Assembly: GCA_951406725.2 (NCBI GenBank)
Contig: OX597827.1
Coordinates: 74,338,001 to 74,402,000 of the forward strand
Source of the DNA: Octopus vulgaris
Taxonomy: Eukaryota
DNA: 64,000 nt
Direction of reading: 5' to 3'
In this document: positions 27,170-40,120 of the stretch, in pieces
Layout: the number at the start of each line of letters is the position of its first letter
Numbering within the stretch: position 1 is the stretch's first letter
The notes under the pieces: generated by a model
Seen by the model: the letters and a program-made list of their open reading frames with translations, nothing else
Told to the model about the DNA's origin: nothing
The model's database searches: none
Position numbers and translations under genes: made by a program

Positions 27170-29160
27170 ACTCTAATCTCAGAATTTCTGCTGAATGCAC
27201 AAGCCATCAGTTCATCCTTCAATGCGAAGGGATAAAAGATTTAACACTGGGTTACCGACCAGTGAGGAATATCACTGTGACCCGTGCAGATCGCAACGGC
27301 AGAAGAAAGAGAGGATTTGCCGTTTTACTACAAGACTCATTCACTGCAATTACAAATGTTTCATGCACCAATGTTTACTGTGTATCATTACTTCCGTATA
27401 ACAAAACCAATGATTTTCTTATAATTGTTCTCTACAGGCCATCACAATCGCCTTTACTATTCTTCAAAGAATGTCTTAACAATGTTAATCCTTTATTCAA
27501 CTGTGTCAGTCTGGTATCTTTTTAATGGTAGGTGATTTCAATTTCCCCTGCGTTGTCTAGTCTATTTATAACTTGAAAGCAGGTATCTGCAATTCAGTCC
27601 AAGACAACGCATCAGTGGAGTCACTTTATTGACTAATTTTTCCTTTTCCAACTCATGCTAGAGCCAACGAGCTTAGCAAAAACCTATTGGACTTAATGTT
27701 TAGTAACCACACTGACACTGTCTGTAATATTGCAGAGGAAAAAGAGTCTTCTTTCCGACCATAACAAGGTTCTCTGAAATGTGGGAATCCGTCAGCCAAA
27801 TCTGATTTCTCACCACAACACTCTTTGACCGCATGGATCTTCACAATGGAATGCAATCACTCAGGATCTTTCATTCACTGACTCATCTTTCGTTTATTCT
27901 CTCGCCCCAAATAGCATCAATACATCCTTGGAAGCTATTTGAGGACACTGTCGCAAATACATATTGACGATACTCTCCATAACAGCCCATGAACCAAACT
28001 AATTATAAGCAAAAAATATATAAAAACCCTAATAAAGAAACTAAAAAGGATGAGTCAAAAATCGAGCGACTAAAGTATTGGCATCAGCGACAGGCGTACT
28101 TGACTGATAGAGTTTTTCTGGAATCAAGTAATGCAATCTAATATAAATCGATTCAATCCCAAAGTGTTCTACTCCTTTGCCAAAAAGAAAATGGTCGCTG
28201 TAGCATTCGCTGAACCTTTGATTGATGAGGATAACATTCTCTTAAGTAAGCGAAAAGCCATGGGTGAGATTCTGCAGAAGCAATACTGCTCTGCTTTCAG
28301 CAATGCAAGTATGGTTAATCTGGACAGCATCTGTGAAGCAAACCTCCTGCACACTCTATCCATTATATCTCTTGACGTCCTGCATATCAGAGCACTTAGA
28401 AGCAAAATTAAAAGCAACTGAGGTGTGAGTCCCGATAGCTTTCCCACTAGAGTTCTGGGGGGATGATGACATGAATTTGTATTGTCTCTAACTATTCTCT
28501 GAATAAAATCACTAGACGTTGGTTATTTTGCTGAAAATCGATTGTCCCAGTTTTCAAAATGGTAAAAAAATTACCCCCACCGAATTACCAGTCTTACTTC
28601 ATTATCAAATTATTTGAGAGAGGGGGTGAGGTCTCGAGTAAGTCACTTCCCTTACGTTTGTCGACTTATTTCCATACAATATGTTTTTACAACCAGCAGC
28701 GACTTCTTAAGACAGTGCTTGCATCATTTTGACCACACCCTAAAGGTCCTGAGGGTTCCATTGCAGATGCCATTTATCCTTGCCTTCAGCGAGGCTTTCG
28801 ATAAAGTTGATGGCATTATACTGTCAAAGTAACTATCCAACACAGAAATCAGAGGGAAATTTTAGAAGTGTTTCCTGATGAACAGACCCAGCATGTGGTG
28901 TTCAATGGTGTTCGATGAAGCTCAGCACTTGTCATTATTGGAATTCCTCAAGGCCCTGTATTGGATCCATTTCTCTTTGTTATTTACTTTTGTGGCACCA
29001 CTGACGTTATCAAACTCACCAATATAAAAACTTTCGCGTATGACTGAAATATTTTGAAGGTCATCGACAGTGTAGGAGACCAAACAAACCTCCAGTTGGA
29101 TGTGCTCGCTGTTATCCAATGGGTGAAAAAAACACAATATGCAACTAAGCGATGATAAAG
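27170..29160 (+). mobile_element. Old CR1/L2-group LINE remnant (APE and RT)
   Basis: RADRNGRRKRGFAV, VLYRPS, GDFNFP, NPKVFYSFAKKK, FSEAFDKVD and GIPQG.VL.P across broken frames. Confidence 0.8.
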
Positions 29161-29581
29161 CTTATAATAATTCTGCTTATCATTAGGGTACTTAGCCCAT
29201 CATTAATGCTTTCACGTGATTAGAGAAAAGGAGGACGAAAAGGGGAGAGAGAGAAAAGGAAGGCGAGAGAAACCTCCATGATATGAGATTGGGGGAACAT
29301 AATTGTAAAGCTTTCACTTGATTATTTGAAGGGAATTAGAGAACAAGAGGAAGAAATCAGAGAGAGAAAAGGAGGATAAGGTGAGGAGTGAGGCATGAAG
29401 AGGGAGAAAGAAAAGAGGGAGAGAGAAAAGACAGAGAGCGAAGCGTCCATGACATGTGGTGAGGGGAACGTAATATTTATTACGTGGTTAAAAAAGTTAG
29501 TTGAAGGTAGTTATATAGAGGAGAGTTAGGAATAAAATTTTAGCGGAGTGATGTTCTGGTAGTGAGATTAAGGAAAGGCAG

Positions 29582-29633
<52 letters not shown>

Positions 29634-29849
29634 GTGAGTGAGTGAGTGAGTGAGTGAGTGAGTGAGTGAGTGGGTGAGAAAGGGACAGACAGAGAGGGAT
29701 GATGGTGGTGGTGGTGGTGGTGGTGGTGGTGGTGGTGGTGGTGGTGATGTTGGGTGCATAGTGGAAAGTACTTTTTTTATAATTGAACTAAGTTTTTTAT
29801 ATCACCTATAACTTGACGCATGCGCATCCTAATCTTGCCATTCACCTTA

Positions 29850-30110
29850 GAAAGAAACCAGTTTCTGTTCGCCTGTCATATGCAATGGTTATCAATAAAT
29901 CACAAGGGCAGACACTTTTGATAAAATGGGGTTGTTCTTGCCTAAACTTGCATTCGGTCACGGTCAGGTATATGTTGCATTCGGAATGGCTCTCAGATTA
30001 TCTGATGTTAAAGTTATCAACACTGACAAAGGAAAAGAAACGGGAAAACTTACACGAAGGACATATTCTGCAAAGAAATATTGGATTGAAAAGTGTGCGC
30101 AAATTGAAAT
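29850..30110 (+). mobile_element. Helitron helicase C-terminal fragment
   Basis: VRLSYAMVINKSQGQTL and FGHGQVYVAF. Confidence 0.8.
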
Positions 30111-30409
30111 GTGTATTGGCTCCGACCCATCGACCTGCCGTATAATTTACCAACGATATGGTTTTCAGAGTGTGCCATACTGCATTAAATGTTTACCACC
30201 GTGAAAATGTGGGCCCAATATTTTATATATAAAATAATTTTTTTTAATATAAAATGTTTGCTTTCTAGATATGAAATTGTGACCATGTAAAATTTAAAAT
30301 GTAAAACTTTCCCCGTTTTGGAGATAAATGCAAAAATAAGAGTAAATATTTATTTTATGGGTGCTGTGTATTAAGTCTATAGAATTGTGCATAAGGTATA
30401 TAAATGATA

Positions 30410-30650
30410 TATATTTCTTTACTGTCCACAAGCAGCTAAACATAGAGGGGAGAAACAAGGACAGACAAACGGATTAAGTCGATTACATCGACCCCAGTGC
30501 GAAACTGGTACTGTATTTATCGAGCCCGAAAGAATGAAATGCAAAGTCGACCTCGGCGAATTTTGAACTCAGAACGTAACGGCAGACGAAATACGGCTAC
30601 GCATTTCGCCCGGCGTGCTAACGTTTCTGCCAGCTCACCCACTTCAAGTA
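30410..30650 (-). mobile_element. SINE, same family as 24630-25220
   Basis: Shared core sequence. Confidence 0.8.
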
Positions 30651-30899
30651 TATAAATGATATATATAGAGTGCATTAAGTAATCATCGTTGTCTAATTTC
30701 CTTCACTTTTCAATGAAGAGCAGATGAGCAACTATCATTTGATACAGACAAAACACAGTCTACGCTTTCAGGCTTTTGTATAAAGTTTTCGGTAATAACC
30801 CAATAAGTTTACTATTAATTCCATGAAATATTCACGGACCCCAAAAATTTGAATTAGTTCACTTCGGAAAAGTGGCTGCACATAAGCTGCTATATACTG

Positions 30900-31700
30900 T
30901 TCTCTTACGTGAAACCTTAGTGGTATCAATCACCGTAAGGACCTCGGAATAACAGTCGATAATAACCTAACATAGAGTGACCACATAAACAACAAAACTG
31001 ACATGATCCGTATGTTGTGCTCCTGGATCCTAAGAATTTTCGGGTTCAGAGATGCTCCTACCATTATCATTCTCTTCCCTACCAAAGCCCGTCCTCATCT
31101 AGAATACCGTTGTGCATTTTCGTCTCTCGACATGAAAGTAAATATCATAAAAATTGAAGCACACCAGAGATCAATCAAAGAAAAAGCAAGACATGTCAGG
31201 GCTTGAATACTGGGATCAGCTCCAGAAACACACACTTTACACCCTCCAACTTCACCATGAGCGCTATATCTTTCGTATAATGTGGAAAATATTCCAATAT
31301 TGTTCAAACAGTGTTGTTATCAACTGTAAAGTTCACCCTAGACTTGGACCCAATGCCATTCGCCCTCTACAAAAATCGTCCTCGCGATTACAACACTAAG
31401 ACAGAAGCACTTCACCTCCACTGGCCCTGCTTTCTTTAACATCATGCCAAGACACATAAAAGAAGAAAAAGTTCTCATGGTATTCAGGCATTTCCCGGAT
31501 GAATATCCCGAACAAATTCCAGATAAATCAAGTACACCCGGATAAATCTCTGCCAACAATAACTCTTTACTCGCATGGGCTATGGTGCCCAAAACATGAT
31601 TGTAACATGAAGCATGATTAAATGTTTTATTAGTGCTGCTACTAAGTTAGTCATGGCCGGGGTTTATTCTGACCGAAAGTCATTTAAGTATCTAAGTACC
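30900..31700 (+). mobile_element. CR1/L2-group LINE 3' remnant
   Basis: KDLGITVDNNL, ARPHLEY, GLEYWDQLQK, IMWKI; same family as 18970-19420. Confidence 0.8.
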
Positions 31701-31728
31701 CGCATACCCTGAACAAATATGTACTTAC

Positions 31729-31875
31729 CATATGTTCGCTTGTCACACTTCTCTCCATACCATCCATCTTCGCAGCCACCACGTTTACACTTTCCAGTAA
31801 TTTGGTGACAATATTCCGCTCCAGAACAATGACATTCATTGATACAGTCTTTACCATACAATTGTGGTGGACATC
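31729..31875 (-). CDS. Host gene exon E: MEGF10/laminin-type EGF-like repeat
   Basis: atttag|...|gtaagt, 147 bp, phase 1-1; GCPPQLYGKDCINECHCSGAEYCHQITGKCKRGGCEDGWYGEKCDKRTY. Confidence 0.93.
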
Positions 31876-32151
31876 CTAAATCGATAACATCGAAACAGTT
31901 TCTTTGTAAATGAGCATTAAAATAAAACAGTTATTGAATATAACATTCAATCTTACAAGATCTCACATATAATCAACAAGAGATTCTATGTTTCAAGAGT
32001 ATCTCTTGATATAGAATATCTTGATGTAGCTAACAAGAGATACTATATATCACATTTACAATCTTAAAATTGCAGAAATTCGCGCACATATAAGAAATAA
32101 AAAATTATGCGATTCCTGTATATGTAGACGCTACATAAGTTACAGTTGAGA

Positions 32152-32317
32152 CACTAGCGTATCCAGAGTGTGCGCCGCCCGGGGAGGCCCTTCCGTTTGC
32201 CGCCCCGGACCCCTCAAAAGCACATATTGCCTTTAGCAGACTCAAAAGTAATGCTCCTTTATAAGTGCTGCCAGTAGCGGACCACCCCTATACCCCCCAA
32301 CCGTAGCTACGCTAATG
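32152..32317. mobile_element. hAT-type MITE
   Basis: TIRs CACTAGCGTA / TACGCTAATG; 8-bp flanks AGTTGAGA / AGTTCAGG (6 of 8 match). Confidence 0.65.
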
Positions 32318-32591
32318 AGTTCAGGACACTTTAAAGCATCATAGCCGAGATGAGAGACTTAAAAGGATTATATCAAACAAAAATCAACAGTATGTTAACA
32401 TTGCAGTTTTAAGTTACGGGCACACTGGGCAGTTGTGTGGAGGCCTCTAATTTCTAGGGGCCCAATTACGATGTATAAGTTGTCTTCCTGTGAGTAATCA
32501 AATATTATAGGCACTAGTTCAATGACTTGCTCGGAGCGAGGGCTACACTGCTACTAAGGTGTGCTAAGGTCGTGCATGTATGTATATTAAA

Positions 32592-33090
32592 TAATATATT
32601 TATTTTTCGATTTGAAGCCACAAATTTTAAATATAAACAAATGACCGAAAAATGACGAGCTAGCCACAGGCTGAATCGAACCCACAAATCGACACTTACA
32701 CGGCTCCTTGCAAATTCGATTGGCCAAGCGCTCACCCGTCAATTTCAGTGAAATTTAGTTAATTTATACTTAAACCGTTTAATACTGCATATAATATTTT
32801 TGTAAACAAACCTGAAAGGTATTTTAAGTTAAGCCTAGAAAGCTACAATGTAAGACTCATAGTATAATAATAACTGTATAATAATATATCATAATATTTA
32901 CTCTTCAATTTGAAGCGACAATATTTAAATATAAGCAAATACCCGAAAAATGATGAGTTAACTTCAGTCTGAATCAAACCCACATATCAACGCTTACTCG
33001 TCTCCTTGCAAGTCCGATTGGCCAAACGCTCACCCATCAATTTCTGTCAAATTTAGTTAATATATACTTAAACTGTCTAATACTACATAT
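32592..33090. repeat. Diverged direct duplication, ~200-bp units ~299 bp apart
   Basis: Both copies share TTTGAAGC...CCGAAAAATGA...GAATC.AACCCAC...GATTGGCCAA.CGCTCACCC...AATTTAGTTAA. Confidence 0.85.
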
Positions 33091-33341
33091 ACATATATAC
33101 ATTTAGATAAAAATACTAATACTATATACATAAATATTTAGATAAAAATAGTTATTGCCGGTTTACAGGGTTACCCAAGGTGTCGCATCCATGAAGTGCT
33201 TAGCTTTACTGTGTCTCTAGTCCCTAATTCACGAAAACCACTTAGTCTACGGAAAATATGGGACATAATTATATTTATCTAAATACTCCTCTACTCTGTA
33301 ACTTATTGTGTGCTTCTCTGTCGTATTTGTGATTTGCTGAT

Positions 33342-33396
<55 letters not shown>

Positions 33397-33399
<3 letters not shown>

Positions 33400-34345
33400 A
33401 GGTAGATCAGAAAGAGCACAACAAACGGAAACCGTCAAAACACAACATGCGGGAAAAGGACGATAGCACGACAACGGTAAACAGGACAAACAAGACACAG
33501 GGGGCATTCGCAGCCAAATTGTCTCTTCAGTTGGAGTCCGGAATGTCTGCGTAGTTTCGCTGACTTACCTCCGATATTACTCGAAACCGGCTGGGCCAGA
33601 GAGTTAAGCTTAAAACATTAAGCCTCTGGGAAAGGCAACGAATGTACATATATGAAAATAAATATGTAAATAACGGAAAGGTTCTTTCGGCTATCGGACG
33701 AACGTAAAATATGAAACATGAAATATATACAATGGTCAAACGCCTTTCGACTATGCAACAAAATAAAAATATTTGTAGAATTACAACAAAAATAAGACGA
33801 AACAAAAAGGGCCTTTCGACCATCAGACGAATGTAATGAGCTAGTGCAAGGAAAGAAGAAATGGAAAAATCTTAAATGGGTGGGCTGCAGAACAGAACAG
33901 AACAGACGGGCGCAACCGACCTCAAAGGCGGCCGGTCGAAAAAGGACGACAACGCCTGAAGCGGACAGCGTTTACGTGGTAGGGGAGGGAGGTGTTCAAG
34001 AGGGCAGAGTGACTAAGGAATAGGAGAGAGGGGAAAGAAATTAGAAGGACGAAAGAATGAAAGAGAGGGAGAGAGAAAAAGGTATAGCGGAGGTAAGAGG
34101 ATGAGAGTCGTACATGATATTCAAGGGGTATCTTTTTTACAATGTATACAGCTGCACGTAACACTGATTGGATAAATCAAAGGTAGCCCAGAAATAACAC
34201 AACAAACGGAAACCGACAAAATGCAACATGCGGGGCAAAGAACGATGGCACGACAACAGCAAACAAGACAAAACAAGATACTGGGATCATTTGCAGCTAA
34301 ATTGCCTCTTCATTCGGAGTCCGGAATGTCTGTGTAGTTTCGCCC
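33397..34345 (-). mobile_element. Penelope-like derived element with direct terminal repeats (33397-33562 and 34180-34345)
   Basis: Two ~165-bp direct repeats, (TA)n at both flanks, internal sequence resembling a GIY-YIG C-terminus; related copy at 53370-53870. Confidence 0.55.
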
Positions 34346-34398
34346 ATTTATATCCTATGTGTGTATATATATATATATAATATTAATTAGAGACAATG

Positions 34399-34430
<32 letters not shown>

Positions 34431-34469
34431 TGTATGTATGTATACAGAATACATATATTTATTTAAGAG

Positions 34470-34745
34470 AATATGTGTTTGAGAATATGCGATCGTAGGA
34501 TCGCAGTTTCGATTCCCTGACCGGGCGTTGTAAGTGTTTATTGAGCGAAAACACCTAAAGCTCCACGAGGCTACGACAGGGGGTGATGGCGATCCCTGCT
34601 TTACTCTTTCGCCACAACTTTCTCTCACTCTTTCTTCTGTTGGCCTGCTCGCTTAGCCAGCGGGGTGGCGTCATTTGAAGCGCATTGTGACCAGCGATGT
34701 TTAGCAACATCTGATAGCCTGGTCGCTGACGGTGATCACGGTGAT
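34470..34745 (+). mobile_element. SINE, second family
   Basis: B-box-like GTTTCGATTCC followed by a body I recall from octopus repeats; ends in a TA run. Confidence 0.5.
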
Positions 34746-35030
34746 ATATATAATGTAATATAATATAGTATAAGAAATGCGAAAACTCATTTCTGTGTGT
34801 TAGTTTGTCACACTTCGCCCACTCCAACTCTCACTATTCATTAACACTTCTTCTATTGCTCATACTGGAGTGAGAGTAATAGTAGGCATAGAGAGGTCGA
34901 GGACGGTGGCGAAGACAGAGAGAAACAGACAGACAGAAATAGAAAAAGAGAGGTGAGAAAGAAAGTCAAAGAAATTTAGGAAGTGTTCATAATGATTTTA
35001 TTAAAAGTAGTAGTGTTGATGGTGGCAGTT

Positions 35031-35122
<92 letters not shown>

Positions 35123-35424
35123 TGGCCATGTGAGAGAAAGAGTGGCCATGTGAGAGAAAGAGAGACTGAACACTGAAGAAACATGCTAAACGGTGTGTGT
35201 ATGGCAGATATGGTGGTGATGGTTGTGGTACTGTTGTTTATCATGCAGCTTTGCAACAAGTTTCAAGTCAACTTATATCACTTATATCATTGTTTTGATG
35301 AAAATTCTTCAAGTTAATTAAAATTTAATATGTAATCAATGTATGAAGCGACTTTGTTGGCATAGTCATGCATCCATACATGCATACGTACATACATGAA
35401 ATATATATACATATATATATATAT

Positions 35425-37074
35425 GTTCGTCACAAAGCCTTGCAAAGCTAAGTAATCTATTTCTATTTAAGATTTTAAAATTTTAAAATTTAAAATATTT
35501 TAATAAGTCTTATTGTATAATTTGGTATTATATATAAATACTGATTGGTATGTAATGATTCAGTTATCGAAGTTTGTATATAATTATTAGATTTTTAACT
35601 CTACGTTTATTTGTAAGACTTTACTTAGCCAAAGAGATATATAGATCGTTAATAGTAATACGATTTTTTAAAGTTAGCTTTCATGTCTATACATTTATTG
35701 ATACCATAAATTTTAGTCTTTAATCACAATATTTGTTGATAATTATTTAGTTATTATTTTTAAATATTTTATAATTATTAGATGTGTACATAAAACTAAT
35801 ATATAAATAACGATTTTTTAGTTGAATAATTTGGTAATTAAATCTTTGGACTATAACTGAGTTAAGGATATTTGTGAGTTTATTATATTTTTTTAAGCTA
35901 TTTTATATATTCATAAATATCTCTAATGGTTGACTTTGTTCTATTATACCTTTTATATAGCTGTTTTCAATTGACTATTTGTAGCAGTGTTTTTCATTGA
36001 TAAATATATTCGTAGTATTTATTGGATACTATATAACTACGGATTGATTATTTCATTGTATAAGTATTTAGTTGTTGAAGATATGTATTTCATTATTTCA
36101 TTATTAGTTCTTAACTATACGGTTTTTGTAAGTTATTAATTAGCCAACGAGATATATGGATCGTTAGATAGTTATAAGGTTCTTTTAAGATACTTTATTT
36201 GTTTACAATTTGCTTTTTCATCTTTAATATTTTAATTTTTAATATATTTCATAAGTAATAATGAATAATTAATTTATTTAGTTTTTTAATATTGTATATA
36301 TATTTCTTGATAGAGATAATTTCAGATCTTAATTCTTATATTTATATATATTTATATATATTTATTGGTAATTTAGTTATAATTCAAATATTTTATAATT
36401 ATTTGATTTGAACTTAATTTAATAATATGAATAGTGATTATTTTTTGATTATTTTTTTTGTTAAATAATTAGGTAATTTGATATTGACTATAACTGAGAT
36501 TAGGTTATTCGTGAGTTTATTATGTTTTTAAAGCCATATTATATCTGAATAGATAAATACATTTTCTATCTATTCTTACCTTAAAATCTAATATTTAACA
36601 TTATAATTAGATTGTATGACATAATCATGATTGTTAAAGTTTCTAGTTTGATATTAGTGTTTTTTATAAGAAAAATTATTATTTTATTTATTTATTTAAA
36701 AAATATTGTTTAAATATATTTGCTTATTTATTTAACTATTATCTTTAACCTGAAGATTGACTACAACCATAATTCGAATTATTAATGGAATTTAAATTAT
36801 TGTAATTCGAATTAGGTTATGGGCACGAAACGTACGTAGTGGTTTTACTTTTTATCATATTAAACTTTTTAATACTTTTTGATAGTTATATATATTTAAT
36901 AAGAAAACAAATTAAATAAATAAAAATTTATAAATATAAATTAATAATTTTAATTTTAAATTTAAATAATTTAAATTTTATGTTTTATATATTTTGTATA
37001 TTATATCAATTATTTTTATTTTTATATTTTGGTTTATGTTTTGATTTGCCTAATAGTAGTTTTATCTCTAATTC

Positions 37075-37075
<1 letters not shown>
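35425..37075 (+). mobile_element. Extremely AT-rich non-autonomous element with an internal duplication and a hammerhead motif
   Basis: Bounded by (TA)n; 35610-35900 is repeated at 36125-36540; hammerhead at 36747-36844. Confidence 0.55.
36747..36844 (+). ncRNA. Type I hammerhead ribozyme motif with extended stem II
   Basis: AC-CUGAAGA-[70-nt hairpin containing AACC.UAAUUCGAAUUA...UAAUUCGAAUUA.GGUU]-GAA-ACGUACGU-A-GU. Confidence 0.7.
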
Positions 37076-37107
<32 letters not shown>

Positions 37108-37108
<1 letters not shown>

Positions 37109-37253
37109 GTTGTATACTGTCAACTTAACGTTGCAGTAAGGAGGGGGATTACACCACCGCTGTTTAGCCCTAGGAAGCATCGACGCTTTCTAGGGCTAAA
37201 CAGCGGTGGTGTACCCCACCCTTACTATCACGTTAAGTTGACAGTATACAACC
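37108..37253. repeat. 146-bp fold-back palindrome
   Basis: GGTTGTATACTGTCAACTTAACG...TACACCACCGCTGTTTAGCCCTAG / CTAGGGCTAAACAGCGGTGGTGTA...CGTTAAGTTGACAGTATACAACC. Confidence 0.92.
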
Positions 37254-37318
37254 ACTCTATCGCCCCACCACCGTACATATCTCTATGAGATATTTAGAAA
37301 TTTAATATTTCTGATATA

Positions 37319-37369
<51 letters not shown>

Positions 37370-37654
37370 CAAGTAAGTTAGAAGTTATGGATCCAACACA
37401 CTAAGGGATAATATTTATCCAATATACTGTTGGTATAATACCCAAATTCTTAATACACAAATGTTTTTAATTGCAATGCAATTAACTTATTTATTCTATT
37501 AAACGGATGAAGGTAAAGAAATATTTTACCATTAATTTATAATACAAATAAGAAAATGGAGAAACAATTTAGTTTGTTCATTAGCTTTCGGATATTAGAA
37601 TGTTGGATTATTTATTCATTTAACAAAAATGAGAACCTTAATAGCATACGTATA

Positions 37655-39204
37655 TCTCTTATTATAAAAGGCAGATTTTATCTGCCTCCCTTTGGGAGTT
37701 ATAGAAATCTACAATATAGGATTTCTTCAATTACAATTTACCTAGCATTTTTAAGAGTAGAATGCATCGCGTCATGCCAGGTCCAGTTTTTAAAATTTAA
37801 ACTCCAATTAAGCAAAATTTACAGAAAACTCACATTCTGGTGTGTGTGTCAAATGCTTTTCTTAGTCTGGTTTACACCACACGCAAACGCACACACACAG
37901 TGTGCAACGAATAAAATGAAAGTAAATAGCGACAGAGTGATTTGAGGAAGACTAAACTGAAAGTATTTAAACCACTACTCAAAAAATAAAAAAACACAGC
38001 AAACAGAAACAAATAAATACATAACCATTTACTCCTCACACAATTTCTTCAATTAGAATTTACCTAAGATTTTTCAGAGTACTTCAGTGGGTGATGCCAT
38101 AAAAATTTCTTTCAATTTTACCACCAATTAAGACAAAATTCGAGAAAACTCAATATTTTAACATATCACTCCGAAAGCATTGATGTACATGTGTGCGTGC
38201 GTGAGTGTGTGTGTGTGTCATTCCTCATACACACGCATACACATACATATACAACTACATACAACTACATACAAACACGTGTGTGTTTGTTATTAGTAAA
38301 AAAGGCGCCAAAACTCAACTCACTTATCATTCCAACACATTTGCAAAGACACACGGACGGACAGAAAAGGTAAATTGGTTTTTATTTTACTCTGTATATA
38401 TTTTATTATATAATATTATATATAGATATATGTATATATAATTGCAGTATGAAACAGTGTTTATGTATAAACAGACGACACTTATATATAGTTACCAAGC
38501 CGCCCGAATTTACCTATTCATATTTAAATGAGAATATCAGAGCAAATCTCTTTAGTACTTTCGTGAAAACACGTATTATACTTCGTAAACACTTCAACTA
38601 CAGTTTTGTACAAAAATCGAAGTGTAATTTTAATTCCGTGAATTATGGGAGATTTTTTTCCGAAATTTGTTCCTATTGTGTTTTCAAAATTTGTAATTCT
38701 GACAAAAAATGGATACGAATTTCATTATATCAAGCAGCGAGTCAGAATTCGAAGGATTTTCTACTGAAGACCTTCATAAATCTAACTCTATGACTGAAAA
38801 AAAAAAGCATCTTTATATAAGAGTGAAGTTGTGTGTCTGTCTCCTACGATTTAGATTCCTAACTACTCACACATTTTGCGGTGCAGTTTTACCAAAAGCG
38901 GGTATCTTATAGTCGTGATTCATATCGAGCCCTTCTGGGTATTAGCGTGCGTCTACGATGAGTCTACGATTTAAAAAAATTTACCATCATATTTTTCCAT
39001 TTTAATGCATTTTTTTCGCTTTTATATAAGGGAAGTAACTCTCTAAAAATATCTACGATGTGTCAACGATTTAAAAAAAAATTTACCTTAATTTTTTTTC
39101 AATTTTTAATGCATTTTTTTCCTATTTTTTGGCTATAACTCTCTAAAAATGCTTATATAGTTATTTCCCTTACAAACCCGAGCAACGCCGGGCGATACTG
39201 CTAG
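37655..39204 (+). mobile_element. Non-autonomous Helitron
   Basis: A|TC 5' end, 3' hairpin CCCGAGCAACGCCGGG then CTAG|T, no TSD; a second TC-type start near 38810 suggests a composite. Confidence 0.8.
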
Positions 39205-39829
39205 TACATTATAATTCAATACATATAAGATAAGAATACAATTATAAAAATCATAATATAAATTATTGAAATTATTAAAATCACTCCTGCCTAATCATTA
39301 AAATCACTCCTGCACACTGAACCCGCGACGCCCCGAATCGCGTCTGGAGTTCGGTGCGAGGCGGCGGCGGCGTGCTCGCGCGTCGTCCGTCGCTGCCACC
39401 GACGCTTCCGCCGACCTTAGGCAGGAGTTGTTACACTTGCTCGCGCTATCATAGCTTTTGAATAATGCCGCCTCAGGCTGGCTGGGCTGGCATCCCAACA
39501 TCCCCCTGAACAGAACACCAGTTTGCCGAAGGTTTATCCATTTACAGCTGAGTGAACTGGGATAACGACAAAGAAGAATTTTACTCTAGAACTCAACGCA
39601 TAACTGGTCTGAGAATTGAAACACCGATTTTACACCCTAACAACCAGAACTTTCATCTCTCTCTTTCTCTCTCTCTTTCTCTCTCTTTCTCTCTCTCTAT
39701 CTCTCTCTCTCTCTTATTGGTTAAATAATCTGAGTTATATTTTGAAATGCAAATTATATCTTTATTTGAAATTTTTAATTTTATAGGGAAATTTTTTCAG
39801 TCTGTAACAGAATTTCTACTAAAAGTTAT

Positions 39830-40120
39830 TTTAGGAGTAAAAAGTTTGCTTCACAATCAGTCCTATTGCGTGGCGCCTTGGATAAATCTTCTGCTATAAC
39901 TCCGGGCCGACCAAAGTGTTCTGGTGTATTGCGCAAACGGAAACTGAAAGGAGCTTTTCGTGTGTAACATATGTGTGTGTGTGTGTGTTGGTCTCCTACA
40001 ATATCTTGATGACCAGTGTTGGTTTACATTTGCATAATAAGTAATGAGGTCGATTCATTCGACCAAATAAAACTTTTCAATACAGTGCCCCAGTATGGCC
40101 GCAGTCCAATGACTGAAGCA
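39830..40120 (+). mobile_element. Degraded tRNA-derived SINE
   Basis: GCGTGGCGCCTTGG...GGGCCGACCAAAG...CGGAAACTGAAAG, as in the 52546 family. Confidence 0.65.
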
